Assembly: GCA_016906335.1 (NCBI GenBank)
Contig: JADEYG010000007.1
Span: forward strand, 2,480,001 to 2,544,000
Length of the DNA: 64,000 bases
Source: Novakomyces olei
Taxonomy: Eukaryota
Reading direction: 5' to 3'
Shown here: positions 52,106-64,000 of the stretch, piece after piece
Numbering within the stretch: position 1 is the stretch's first letter
Layout: each line of letters opens with the position of its first letter
Position numbers and translations under genes: made by a program
The notes under the pieces: generated by a model
Database searches by the model: none
Seen by the model: only the letters and a program-made list of their open reading frames with translations
What the model was told of the DNA's origin: nothing

Positions 52106-52400
52106 ATACCATCACCACGTCAAGATTTCTCGAAGCCGGAAGCCTTGTATTCTGAGCTTGGGCCATTTAATCCTTGCTTGTGGAGTTTCAGTCGGGCTGT
52201 TTTACGCGCTATTGAAGGTCAGCATTTTGAAGCTGAGCATGGGCCATTTAATCCTTGCTTGTGGACTTCTTATTTTGCTGGTCTTTGCGCGTAAAACTCT
52301 TATCAGCTCAGAATCTTTCGAAATCAGACAGCCGGGAAGCCGAGCTTGGGCCATTTAATCCTTGTTTGTGGAGTTTCTCGAGCTGGTTTCAGCATTTAGA
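52040..52400 (+). repeat. Four degenerate tandem copies of the GPI-signal-coding segment
   Basis: The core GGG(C)-CATTTAATCCTTG(C/T)TTGTGG starts at 52160, 52241 and 52348 and matches GGGCTATCTTATCCTTGCTTTTGG at 52051 in the CDS. Confidence 0.85.
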
Positions 52401-53317
52401 AATGCTGATTGATTTCGTTTGATTTTTGTTTGATATCGGGTTCGGTTTGATTCTGACTGATTTTGGGTTCGTCTGATATTGATATTTTTGATTGCCTTCG
52501 AGTCCCTTCGTGCATTCCGTTTGTTCGACTGTGCGAATTCGCTCATCAAGGGATTATGTCCTTCCGAGCCATCCACACCAAACTTGTTGGGTTATCTCCC
52601 TAAATTGCCATCTACGTCTACATCTATACCATTGTATATAGCTTACTCGTGACTTTTGATTCAGCCTAGTTTTAGTTTTGTTTTGCATTTTTTGGGTGCG
52701 CGCGTCAGACATAAGTGTTAAGTGAATTAATAATCCTTTCATACTTATTTTCAGGCTTGTATGCTTTTTCATGTTTAGTATCAGGAAAGGGAGCCGTCGC
52801 TTATTCTATCCCTTTTATAAAGGCACCTGTTAAAGCGCGTATGTTCTCGGACATTTCTCCACTAAGGCGAAAGAGTGCTGTAAGGGAGACGGGTACCCGT
52901 CCCCCTAACAACTGCGAAAATCCCAAGTATACGTAGTACATACGTACAAGTCGTCAAATGAGGGTTGCGCCCTAATTGCACAAAATTAAACATTGAGCAG
53001 AGCTTATATGAGCGCACATATGCCGGCGGCAACACTGGTAGTGCTTCAAATAGACACAATGTAAAGACCCAATTCTTGCCCTGAAGCTATCGCAAACAAA
53101 ATAGATATATTGCCATTTGCTAGTATTTTCGTAGACGGTTTGAAGCGGGTAATGGTGCTTACAGGTGTGATTAGTCAAAAATTATTGTGTAATTCGAAAT
53201 ATTATAATAATTATATTATAATAATTATACTATAATAATTATGGTGTAATAACAGTCGAGCAAAAAATATAAAGCTCTTCACTCACAGAGTTTGTCGATA
53301 TCTCCACATCAATAGCC

Positions 53318-53998
53318 ATGTCTATCGACGCTGCCAAGCTAGCCAAGCTGCAAGCATCTGTTCGCATTGGTAGGGCTTCTATTTGTGACCGGGAATGTTT
53401 CTTTCCTGTCCTTTAATGCGATACGGTCTTCTTACTCGGGGACTAACGAGGATTTTGATCTCTTTTTTTCTCATTCTGCATGTCTCGACTGAAAGCTAAC
53501 ATGGAAAGGCGGTAAGGGTACCCCTCGCCGTAAATTGCGTAAGCAGCACCACGCTGCTGGCGGTGACGACAAAAAATTGGGCGCAACATTGAAGAAGCTC
53601 AATGTTCAGCCGCTACAGGGCATTGAAGAAGTGAACATGTTCCGTAACGACGGCCAGGTTATTCACTTTAAGAATCCCAAGGGTATTTACAATTGCTAGC
53701 TCTTTTATTCTGCTTACGAGTTTTCGGCATTGCAAGAACATTTTTCTAATTTCAAGTTCACGCTTCTGTCAAGGAGAACACTTTTGCTCTCTACGGTGCC
53801 GGCGAAGAGAAAGATCTTACCGAGCTCGTTCCGGGAATCATCAACCAGCTCGGACCGGACTCGATTGCCACTTTGCGACGGCTGGCCGAGCAGTTCCAGG
53901 CCCAGCAGGCTGCTGGTGGTGAAAAGAAAGAGGGCGAAGGTGCTGGTGATGATGAAATTCCAGACTTGGTTGACAAAAAGTTTGACAGCCAGGACTAA
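53318..53998 (+). CDS. EGD1: Nascent polypeptide-associated complex beta subunit (BTF3), 3 exons
   Basis: Spliced sequence [20 protein letters not shown]...DDKKL...IEEVNMF...HFKNPK|VHAS...NTFA...[14 protein letters not shown]...DDEIPDLV. Confidence 0.96.
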
Positions 53999-55590
53999 AC
54001 AGCACCAAGAAATGTCGAGTTGTATATGACTTTTAACTAGTTGGTCCTAATCAAAAAGAATCTTTTTCGATCTTGTGCTCCAGCACAGAGTTGGAAGCAA
54101 AAGATTTTCATCACATAAAGTTTAATCTTGTTTAGATGTAATGATACGGGTGTAATGTACGGCCCTCAATCGTTATGGCCGGGTACATGAGACTCGGTCA
54201 GTAGGAAATAATCGTAGTAAATATTGGTTAATCTTTGCTTGACTGGCAAGGATAGCAAGCACGCCTTTCTCCGGCCATTTGCAATGCTCTTTTCTCCTTT
54301 TTAATTATTGATTCTCTCTTATTGAACGATCGATAACACTACAATGAGAGCAAAAGTCTCCTCTTACAATTCGTTAGCATTGTGATAAAACAACTGTATC
54401 CCCAACCCTCTACAATCATGATTTCCACAGAGTTCAATCGCAGCCGAGCGAGCTTAATACTTTCATTGTAATAATCCTAAGTGTGAGTATTGTTTAAGAT
54501 ACCTGTTTTGACCATATTGGCCTGCTTTGCTTGTCTTGTTTTGTTGAATAGTGTAGCTAATAGGGTCCCGGCTTTTGATAAACAAACCAGCTTACCTCTA
54601 ATTGCTTTAGCGATACGGCCAAAGTCAAAACAGTGTCAACAAGATTCTGTGCCTCTTTATGATCTGCGATTGAAGTACGCAAAATCGTGCGCGATTCTCT
54701 GTGCAGAGCGGTAATAGAAACCACGTCGGGCCGTTCTGCGAGGCGGGAAAAAAACCCGTCAATTACAGTGCGATCACCATCGTGTTTTATGGGTGTGCCT
54801 ATTCCGTTCGTCTAAACAATTAGTCGGCCTCTCAAAGCTCCCATTACCGTCGCCATAATGTGGTCTAGCGTAATTGCACACAAGTTTATTATCGTCTTTT
54901 AGCAGTATAATAATAGTGCATTTGAGCAAACAATTCAATTTGACATTTTTTAGATTTGGGTATCTCTATGAACCTCAATCAATGAGTGTGAATGCACTTC
55001 AATGCAATTGGCTATCTGACAGACTCTCTAATTCTGACGCGACTTGGTTGGCCGACAGATTACAATAATTGCATAATAAAAGAATACTATTTCTGAAAAA
55101 TATCTGAAAAAAAATCTAAATACAAACTGTTGAAATATGAATCGTTTATCCCCATATTCTCTCTTGTCTCTCTATGCCTAATTCAGATTCATCTACAGTG
55201 CGTGTCTGTCCTTGCCTATAGTATCTATATTGGATCTGCTTTTGATCATACATTGTTATATAAAGCTCAATTGCATTCACAGATGTTTGGGACAGTTGAA
55301 GCTATTTGAAGATATTATGAGTGTCTAATTCGAATAGAATACCCGAGACAATTTCCAATCACAACACTGTCCGTCTCTAAACACTATGGGCAAATAGCAG
55401 TTATTATGAGCGTTGAACGGGCTCACATATTGACGCTTACATTACTAAAGCTGTACACATCAAGTAATAAGAACAAGTACTGCTGAGCATAGATAAGATC
55501 AGATAAGATCAGATAAGAAACTGCTATTTAACCTGCATATAGCCACATGCATACGCTCACCAACTGACTTGCGGCCAAAGGACGCGATCA

Positions 55591-58442
55591 ATGGATCGCA
55601 TTCTGCGCGATCTTTCTCTCAGCGACGATGCGGAGAGCAGAAATCTCGCGGCGTACTTGTCTGCGCGCCAACGCGAGCAGCCGTTGCAGAATACGTCAAT
55701 GGTAACAAGTTATGCAGCTGCTGTGAATCGCGACATACAGAGACGATCTGCCCTGCCGCCCCAGCATAAACAAACTCGCTCGCGAGAGAATGCCTCTGCC
55801 CAAGCCACAAGCTCTTTTTCAAGGCAAACGAATGCTTTGCCTGCTCAAGCAAATCATCAGTATCCCTGGTTCATTGGGCCAGAAATGAATGAGCCAGAAT
55901 TGAATGAGCTCAAAGCTAATGAGCTCAAAGTTAATGAGCCAGAATTGAATGAGCCCTTCGTGGCGGAAGCGTCGTACCTGCAAATGGGGCCCCGTAATTA
56001 TTATGGAAGGCCTGGCAATAAGGAAAACGAGCCATGGCCACGATCTTTTAGTAATTACAAGTACCCACCCTTGCAAGGTGGTATCTACAATCCGCCAGAA
56101 GCACATCGGTCCAGCCAAGCTGGTGGCCGCGATTATGAGGCGCTCATACCCAAGAGTGATGCAAAAGCTGTACCGGAAGAGCACAAGCGGGGAACCGGGT
56201 TTGATCGGGCTCATGCTCTCATTCTTCAGAGAGAAGCAGAAGCAGAAAATGCAGCTGACGAGCTTCGAAGGGGGACAGAGCCGTTTAAGGCCGTAACTGG
56301 GATCGGCTCTCGTGAAGCACGGCGACCAGAATTGGAGATTCAGCATGAACACGACGAGGCTGATCGTGCAAAGACTTGGCCTGAGAGTTCTGATATTGAG
56401 AGTCTGTTTGCCAATATGAATGTTGCCAATTCTCTGCAAGAATCTATCGCGTCATCTAGTCGCTCTAGGTACGAAGCCAGTCTCTCGTCGAACAGCATTG
56501 CTGCTCGGCCTTTACCGCCACCAAGTTCTCGGCAGATTGTAGACTCTACGGAGAATGCCTGGTTTGACAGTGCTTTTCCAAGCGCGTTGTTTCTCCCTCT
56601 CCGCTCAGAGTATGAATCTGGTCCCCTACACGAACAAGATTCTGTCTCGTCGGTTGCTACTACTGCTGAGGAGGTACCCGTGCACGTAGATTCGAGGGCG
56701 AATTGTCTCAGAGCTGAAAGCTTGAGGGCTAAAAGCTCAAGACCAGACTCTTCTTATAGAGCTATGACAAGATACGATACTCGTGCAAGTGAAAATAATG
56801 CGGAGAACGAGCCGCCGGTGGATGTGATTACTCGTGGAAAGAGCATGAAGGTCTCTATTAATATCGAAGAGCACTATGCACCGTTGCACAGGCTAATTGC
56901 CCAGGAAAACAAGCCTGCGTTAAAGCTCTCGAATATTCCGTGGAACAGTGATACGCGAGAAGTTATGGAGTTTCTGGAAACGCCTGTTGGACCTATTCAT
57001 TTTATTATGGATCGTACTTCAGGAAAGACCAGCAGTGAATGCTATGCCGATGTGTTTTCTCTGCGCGATGCTCATTATATCGTAACGCATCGAAATGATA
57101 GGATGATGGGTCTTCGTCCGGTAAAGCTTGAGATTGTGCCTCAATCAGAGCTTATGAGGGCTATATTTCCACGCTGGAAGGGCACATGGAGCGGATCTGA
57201 ACCAATTCCTCACGGAGGATCCGATTACCAAACGACCAGTGGAGGTAGCGCGTCGTCTTCTGCCATTTCCTCGTCATCGTCTACAATGAATTGGCCTTCT
57301 TTTATCACCAGGGAAGAGGTTAATGCTTTAATGGGCCATGCAAGGTCTTATCGAAGCCCTTATAGTCGCAGGTGCCCTGAAAGACCGTTTGAGAGCTTCG
57401 CTAGTGCGCTGTACAAGGTAGCTCTTTGTATTTTATTGTACCGTCTGTTTATTATATCGTCTGTTTATTATATCGTCTATTTATTTTTCTTCTTTGTCTG
57501 TGGTCTTTCTTATTTTCAATCTCAATGATCTAACGTCTTTTAGTTTCCGTGGCAAGCTGGCGACTTGTACACTCTGGGATATCGCGACTTTCTCTTTGCT
57601 TCGCTTCTGGGTAGCCATATCAATTTGTTTAACGCTATGTTTACGTCTCATTGCTTGCTTGATCTGTTCGTTAATACTTGCTAGTCGCTGCGTTATTGAT
57701 GCTTTTGCTCTGTGTTGTTTGGCTTAAACCCTTGTCTTATATATTTTATTATTATATGTCTCTTGGCCTATTTTGATTAGTTTGATATCTGGATTTAAAG
57801 TTTGTTGCAAAAGTTTAGATCTTTTGCTACATTGTTTGTGTATTGGCTTGATAGTTCTCTGTATTGATTACTGCTGGCTACGTGAAAAGATCTCTTTGCT
57901 GTGAATGCTAACATTGACTCTACAGCTATGGCTCGCCTGTTGAAATCTCATATAAAGTCGCGCAAGTTTGAAAGGCTAAACGACGAGCTTCTCTCGCGCT
58001 TTATTGGCATGACTACTTCGCGATCAGCCTTGACGGGCACGCAATTGATTGAACTCTATCGAACTGTTGGAATGAGTACCGATTCGTTTGACGCTACAGA
58101 GTCTTTATTTCATTGTCTTTCACCTGTTTCTACAGACTCCAGTTTTCTTGTTATTCGTCAGGTAAAATGAGAAACATACAGAACTAAAAAGCCGAAAGCT
58201 GAAAGAAGAAGTGAAAGAAATTAATTAAATATAAACCCTCAAACAATATTTGTTGTAATTTGGTGATAGAACTGTTTTACTGACAAGTCTCTTATAAGGT
58301 GATTGAGAGCGAGCTTGCGTGTGCCGACCCTGAAGACCTGTACAACAGAGAAATTTCAATGACTATGAACCAGGCGAGCGATACAGAGCTTCGTATAGCT
58401 CTTGCTATCGCTCAAGCTGCATACGAGCAGCATTCTAGCTAA
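55591..58442 (+). CDS. Uncharacterised fungal RNA-binding protein with a quasi-RRM-like domain, 4 exons
   Basis: A long disordered N-terminus is followed by LKLSNIPW...EV.EFL...IHFIMDR.SGKT..ECY...LM.AIFP.W and RCPERPFE...L.K|FPW. Introns at 57418-57543, 57611-57925 and 58162-58298. Confidence 0.75.
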
Positions 58443-58854
58443 CTCTGAGACTATCTATCTTTGAAAGTGTATATTTGACTGGGTTTAATTGCTGTCCTTT
58501 TTTAAAAACATCTAGTCAAATCTTTCGCTCAATTAGCCTAAAGATAAAGTCTCAAGTCTTTAGGGGTATTCCGGTGCGGGCTGTGTATGGAAAGTGCTCC
58601 GTTGCTTATATACACGACACTTTTTCAGGGATGATGAAGCACATTTTCTTACGACGTATATTAACTTGAACATAGAAATCAACCTTCTGCTATTACGAAT
58701 ATGTATTAAATGCTGAAATAATCTTCAAAAAAATTGAAAGAGCTTGATTGTATTAGCGTCAAATTTAAAATATTCTGCATTGCCCTGAATTTTCTGAACA
58801 AAAACACAGAGAGAAACAAAAGGTAATCAAAATTCAACTCGCAAAAATGCCCAC

Positions 58855-59690
58855 TCAAGTCTCTTGTGAATCACGCATAAGCCATTCCCAATAACCTGGT
58901 AAGCGACGCTGGATAGAGTCCTTTTCCTGCTCATCCCGTGTGACCGCTGTTTGCAACAAAGACTGGCCGTACTCGTCAATCTGCTTTTGATGGACTGTTT
59001 TGTATCGGTCCAGAGGCAAAAAGCCAATGTAAGATTCGTTGCCAAACCCGCCAAACCAATATACCGACTCCACATTTAAAGTGTACCAGCTGGCTGGATG
59101 AACATCTTCGCCAGGGGCCCAAAAGGCAGCGTCGCGATGCCGCCTCAAATAGCAGGTTCTTACACGTTCACGCTTCAGATTAGTAAAATGCTTGTGAACA
59201 TAAACAAAAGCGAAGATTCCAAAAAAGAAAAAAAAAAAAAAAAAATTAATTATTCAAAGCCTATTCAAAGCCTAACCTCATCTTCGTCAGTGACTTCAGT
59301 AACATTTCCAAACAAAGCCAAGCGGGGCAAGCGGGCAATAGAGTAAACAGGTTCAGTGGGATGATGTCTTAGAGACAAAGTCAGCTTTGATCCATGAACG
59401 TAATTGCGGAAGCTCATCTCGATCGTCATCATAATCAAAGAAGGATTTCCGTCATCTGAGCAATCTGCGAAATAATCCATAAGACTGAACGGTTGGCCAG
59501 CTAAGCCTTCGTTCACCTCCGGCTCGATTGTGCTTGAAAGAGTTCCTATGGCCTCATTCTGCACCATATGCCTGGCAGCCACTAAGGCTTCGTCCAATGT
59601 TTGCCTATGAGCATGAGCAAATAAAGGCGCATTTGCAAGCACAATTGCCACAACCAGTGCGTAAACCGTCGTTATTCTGGACGCAAACAT
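58855..59690 (-). CDS. Secreted CREG/pyridoxamine-5'-phosphate-oxidase-like (split-barrel) protein, 2 exons
   Basis: Signal peptide, then IGTLSS, PFSLMDYFADC..DGNP, LPRLALFG, CYLRRHRDAAFW.PG..H and VYWFGGFGN.SYIG. Confidence 0.85.
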
Positions 59691-59976
59691 ATTTGGCCGT
59701 GATCAGATATATGGCCACGATCTGATAATATTTATATTTATATTTATACTTATATTTATATTATATTTATACTTATATTTATATTATATTTATATTATAT
59801 TTCTTAATGTTATTGGTACACACTCTTAATCATTCCATTCAATCACAGTAGAAGCGCCTTGTTCTATCTCAAAGAAATAATTCTAAAAGATGAATCAAAA
59901 TAAACAAAGCAAGAACAATTGAATGCTCAAAATAAAATTAAATATACCGAGTTTATTCCTAAAACTCGCTCAGTGT

Positions 59977-61433
59977 TTACGTAGTGCTAAGTTTACCCCA
60001 CTCTAATTTCCGCGATGCATCCATGTACTGGTCGACCACTTCGTCCGTTACACGGTTCTTGCGCTGCTGAAACTCGCGAACAAAATTTTGCAAAAAGTCA
60101 ATGCACGCTCCTTTCAATTGAGCTGTTGTTAAAGTACCAGCACGATATGTACGTGCAAGTTCTGCCAAGTATTCGTCATCATCATGGAAAAACAAAAGGT
60201 ACTGGAAAGAGACGTCAACATCAGGATTTCCACCCTTTTCTCGATGCTCTTCCATTGTAGCCCCGCCACCAGAAAATGCATATCGCTTGATCTTGTTCTT
60301 TATCCGATCCGGAGTGTCTGTCAGGTAAACAGCGCTCGAATCCACAGACGCGGACATTTTCGTTTGAGCGCCTTGCAGAGCAGGGAAGAATTTTGAGTGT
60401 ATAAGCGCCGGTTTAGGGTATTTTATACGACCGGCAACATCACGCGTAACCCGAAAATAAGGATCTTGATCGATAGCACAAGGAATAAGTGAGGGGATAT
60501 CTTTTCTATTTCCAAATATATGTGGAAACGAATTTGAAAAAGACGGAGCTGCTTGTACAGACACGAAATGAGCTTTGCCCACAGAGGAGGAGTCATCAAA
60601 CCCAAAAGTGTGTTTGCTTTGGTTGAGTGTAATCATTTTGGAAATGCGTACAACATTATGGTAAAATGGTCCGCCGACGTAGTCCAGATCGGAGAAGATA
60701 AACGTCTTTTTCAAATCGAATCCACAGGCAATAATGTCCCGTGCGTTTTCCCGAGTAAACTTTCTCGTCATTTCAATCGTGAGTTCTTGTTTGAACAAGA
60801 ACTTTTCGTCGTCTGCTGCATAAGATTCTAATCCAAAGGGTTTGCCTTACCTGTCATTTGTATAACCAACGGCACATCAAACACTTCTTGTAGCCATTTG
60901 CAAAACAAAAACGGGATCATATGACCCATGTGCAACGACCCACTACTCGGCCCACGACCAGTGTAAAGGAAAAACGGTTGGCCCTTTTCATAGCGGTCCA
61001 AGATCAAATTCAGGTCACTTGAGTTATGTTAGTGCTGTTTAACTTGACACGCATCTCCTCCGTGTCCATTGTCATTAACGAGTATTGTCTATATCTAGTT
61101 TTCCTGGTATCCATAGTTCAACCTTCTTTACCAAACCTTTATATCCTGTTCTTTTCTTGATTCTTTCTTGCAGCGATTCTCTTTTCTTTCTTACCGGTGA
61201 GAAAAAAAGACGCCTCTGCGCAGGAGATGATGTGGCGGCCGGCCGGTAAGTTTTTCAAACCGTTCAAGCAAAGCATTGTCTATACGCTGAGTGCCAAACT
61301 CTGCGCACAAATGATCATAGTCGATTGCTGTCTGCTTGCCTTCGACAATTGCACCTTGCACGTCCCATGGAGTCACACTTTGCTTGACATCGTCCAAACT
61401 GGCCTGAGCCGCTGCATCTGCCAGCTTGTCCAT
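59977..61433 (-). CDS. WRS1: Cytoplasmic tryptophanyl-tRNA synthetase, 3 exons
   Basis: Motifs [54 protein letters not shown] and TKMSAS. Confidence 0.96.
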
Positions 61434-61900
61434 GCTTTACGGACCGGGATTTTATGATTTTGAAATAGCTTAATGGCCAAGAAGGTGCCTTACCGGAGGA
61501 TCAATATATACGGCGCGCAAAAATAATACAGTATTAGTATTGAGGTTTCCAACATGTCCGAACTTTATTCATATGTTGAGCGAGCGCATCATAGTGTAAT
61601 TTTTATACTATTTAATTATTTGCTGTACAATTTTGATATATTGTTAATAATTATTCGAGTTCCATATATTAAATTAATATGAATATATTATATTTGATTA
61701 ATTTTAGAAATATTCTAATATTTATAGTTTGAGCATTTTTTATAGTAGTATTATATAATTTGTGTATATTTTATAAAATCAGCATATTATATTTCAATAA
61801 ACGTTTTAATGTACGTACGTACCATTTTAATATAATCTAGCAGGTTTTTATTTTTTATTTTATTCAACGCTACGCCTAGCTCTAGCATGCTAAAGCCGAA

Positions 61901-62269
61901 ATGCTGCCAATACCGCCCGTTCCCAGCGTGCATGCAGACACTGCACATCCAGAAACGGCGGCGCGGTTGAGAGACTCAGTTAGATCGAACGTGCGGCCGC
62001 AAGTCACGCAAAGTACTGCGATTGCCGCAGACAGTACTGCTACTCTGGACGGAACATTAATTTGGGATGAAAGCAAGATAAAGAGCACAGATCGACCTGC
62101 TCTGAGAAAGTGGCGCCAGCGTTTAACTGACGGTGCCTCATTGCTTGGAAGCATAGACCATCAGTTGGCCAGGCAGGTCGCTGCAGAAACTGTAACTGGC
62201 GTGCCTACAAGCTTGGCAGCACTACGGCTGCGTGGGCTACGAGAGTATGCCTTGCCTCCTCCAGAATGA
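61901..62269 (+). CDS. Hypothetical 122-aa protein
   Basis: GC-richer ORF island between AT-rich flanks, divergent from WRS1. No recognisable domain. Confidence 0.5.
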   Translation: MLPIPPVPSVHADTAHPETAARLRDSVRSNVRPQVTQSTAIAADSTATLDGTLIWDESKIKSTDRPALRKWRQRLTDGASLLGSIDHQLARQVAAETVTGVPTSLAALRLRGLREYALPPPE

Positions 62270-62586
62270 AAAATTGCTAGATCAAGCCGGCATTAGGTTT
62301 TGGATTTTACGTATTGTAGTATAGAATGTTTATACGGCTATAGCGCGATTGAATGGGTTGATTTCGTCAAGGAGTTTCTTTATTTGGCTTTAAATAATCA
62401 AAAGTGTGAAACGTGGACTTGTATCAGTATGTATTTAAATTTGAAATTACACACGCCCGTACGTACAAACTTGGATTGTAAACGCATATATAGTTTGAGC
62501 ATCTCGAGCCAGTTTCGAATGTGAGTGGCAATCATATACGCACGCGGACGCGCTGCCTTCCGATCATTCAACATGTAAATTCGGTA

Positions 62587-62674
<88 letters not shown>
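62587..62674. repeat. (TTA)n microsatellite, about 29 units
   Basis: Direct trinucleotide repeat. Confidence 0.95.
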
Positions 62675-63742
62675 TACGATACAGAACTGTATAGATTTCC
62701 AGTAGAAGCAAAATATATAATACTTGAACCAGACTTATATTCAAATCCCAATCCGGTAACGCGCCCTGTCAGCCTTGGACAGAGTCCGGCCGTTCGAGTA
62801 AACGTGCTGTGATTCACGTTGGAGCTGTCAAAATAATGCTTTTTCCAAACGTGTAATCGTAGATTTTTTACCCCACGTATCAATGGATCTGTTTACGGGG
62901 TAAACAGACCCGTTTGCGCTATGTAAATCCTTATCTGTCACCCTCAATCTGCTTTTCGTGTCACTCTGCAGCAGGCATCAGGCACTACGCCAAATCAATG
63001 CCCCTGAAATGAGCAGTAAGAAATTGATGGGCAAATTTTACACGTAAATGCACGCAAAGTTTATTGTACATAGGGCGCGGATCTCGTACTTGGCACGGGT
63101 TTCACGTGCGTCGCGTTCCCACGTAACATTTAGCCTGCACATTATAAACTACCGTGTTCCTGGAGCGGTACCGAATTTCTTGGAAACTTTTCAGGCTTAT
63201 AGATATTCGGCCCCGACATTGGAGTGTCAGCTTGTAATCTGCCTTTGTCCGTCCAATTGCTCTATTTTCTATTCTCTCCCTCTCCCTCTCCCTCTCTGTG
63301 TCCCTCTCCTTACTTTTTTCCCACTCTCCTCAAATACTTCGAATACTTGTAGAAAAACTTTGGAAAACACATACAAGCCCGCTATTTCTTACAGCCGTAA
63401 TTTTGGTTTAAAATTGTCACAAGCCCACACATACAATCGTGTGGCGCCAAGATTTGCGAAAAAAAGCACAGTCATTCCGTATCGGCGTCTATTCCGCCTT
63501 AACGACAACAGATCGGTGCAGAAACAGACTACCTCCGCTCGTTCTTTGATCTTTTGGTTCTTTGGCCTTTTCGCGCCCTCAATTGCCGGATACATATCGG
63601 TTTATTTGTCTATTTATCTCTCTCTGTATTTGTCCCCTGAACAGTGTCACGCGCCTCAACGTGGGCGCCACAACCGTCCCTTCGTGCTTGGATTTACAGG
63701 ATTTTCTTTCACTGCTTTACCCTCCATTGCCGCCGCTCGCTC

Positions 63743-64000
63743 ATGTCAAAACTGCTCGACGCGACAGAGGCCAGTTCGTCTATAGTCGCAGTATCGGCCG
63801 CTAATGGACTCGCCTACGGCCCCTCCGGAATCCGCGGAGTCTTCCATTCGCGGTACGTCGCTGCCTGTGCGATATTCGCGGCTATTGGTGGTCTTCTCTA
63901 CGGGTACGATCAGGGGTGTATATCCGTGATCCTTGTTATGCCCACGACCCGCGCGTACATGCCCATCCTTGACCAAGGCAGTATATACAAGGGAATCCTG
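63743..64000 (+). CDS. MFS sugar porter (monosaccharide transporter), 5' part; truncated by the window end
   Basis: MSKLLD...AYGPSGIRGVFHSRYVAACAIFAAIGGLLYGYDQGCISVILVMP is open to the window end and contains the GG.LYGYDQG TM1 signature. It is not listed in the ORF track. Confidence 0.9.
   Translation, partial: MSKLLDATEASSSIVAVSAANGLAYGPSGIRGVFHSRYVAACAIFAAIGGLLYGYDQGCISVILVMPTTRAYMPILDQGSIYKGIL

Noticed and set aside
53371..53508. Intronic snoRNA in EGD1 intron 1
   Set aside because: A CTGA lies near the 3' end, but there is no consensus C box and no identifiable guide.
63048..63785. 245-aa ORF upstream of the sugar porter
   Set aside because: It has low-complexity promoter-like composition and no domain, and it overlaps the real ATG at 63743 out of frame.

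Overview
Gene-dense, intron-rich fungal (ascomycete) genomic DNA read with the standard code (CTG sits at conserved Leu positions in Kre33). The 125-aa, loop-less Rpb8 and S. pombe-type promoter elements point to a Taphrinomycotina/fission-yeast relative (inference). About 29 protein genes are present: DAHP synthase, GPD1, SDS23, DUF3431, KRE33/NAT10, RPB8, TIM23, ERG10, an Mcm1/SRF MADS-box factor, a NIPA-type Mg transporter, TPC1, SEN2, VMA4, a possible Nse6/SLF2-like protein, a DNF P4-ATPase, SID2/DBF2, a secreted Cys-rich orphan, REC8, a small coiled-coil protein, MRS2, two divergent Ser/Thr-rich cell-surface proteins, EGD1, a qRRM-like protein, a CREG-like protein, WRS1, a small hypothetical and the start of a sugar porter. 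There are many long microsatellites. No tRNA, rRNA, transposon or CRISPR was recognised. The most notable observations are relaxed splice signals (15 of 43 hand-mapped introns end in AAG/GAG), a 1.25-kb MADS-gene intron with a potential poison acceptor, three spare copies of a GPI-signal-coding segment behind a cell-wall gene, a frameshifted secreted Cys-rich toxin/effector-like gene, and compact RFX/forkhead and MCB/TR-box regulatory modules. Gene names come from recognising motifs, not from database searches.
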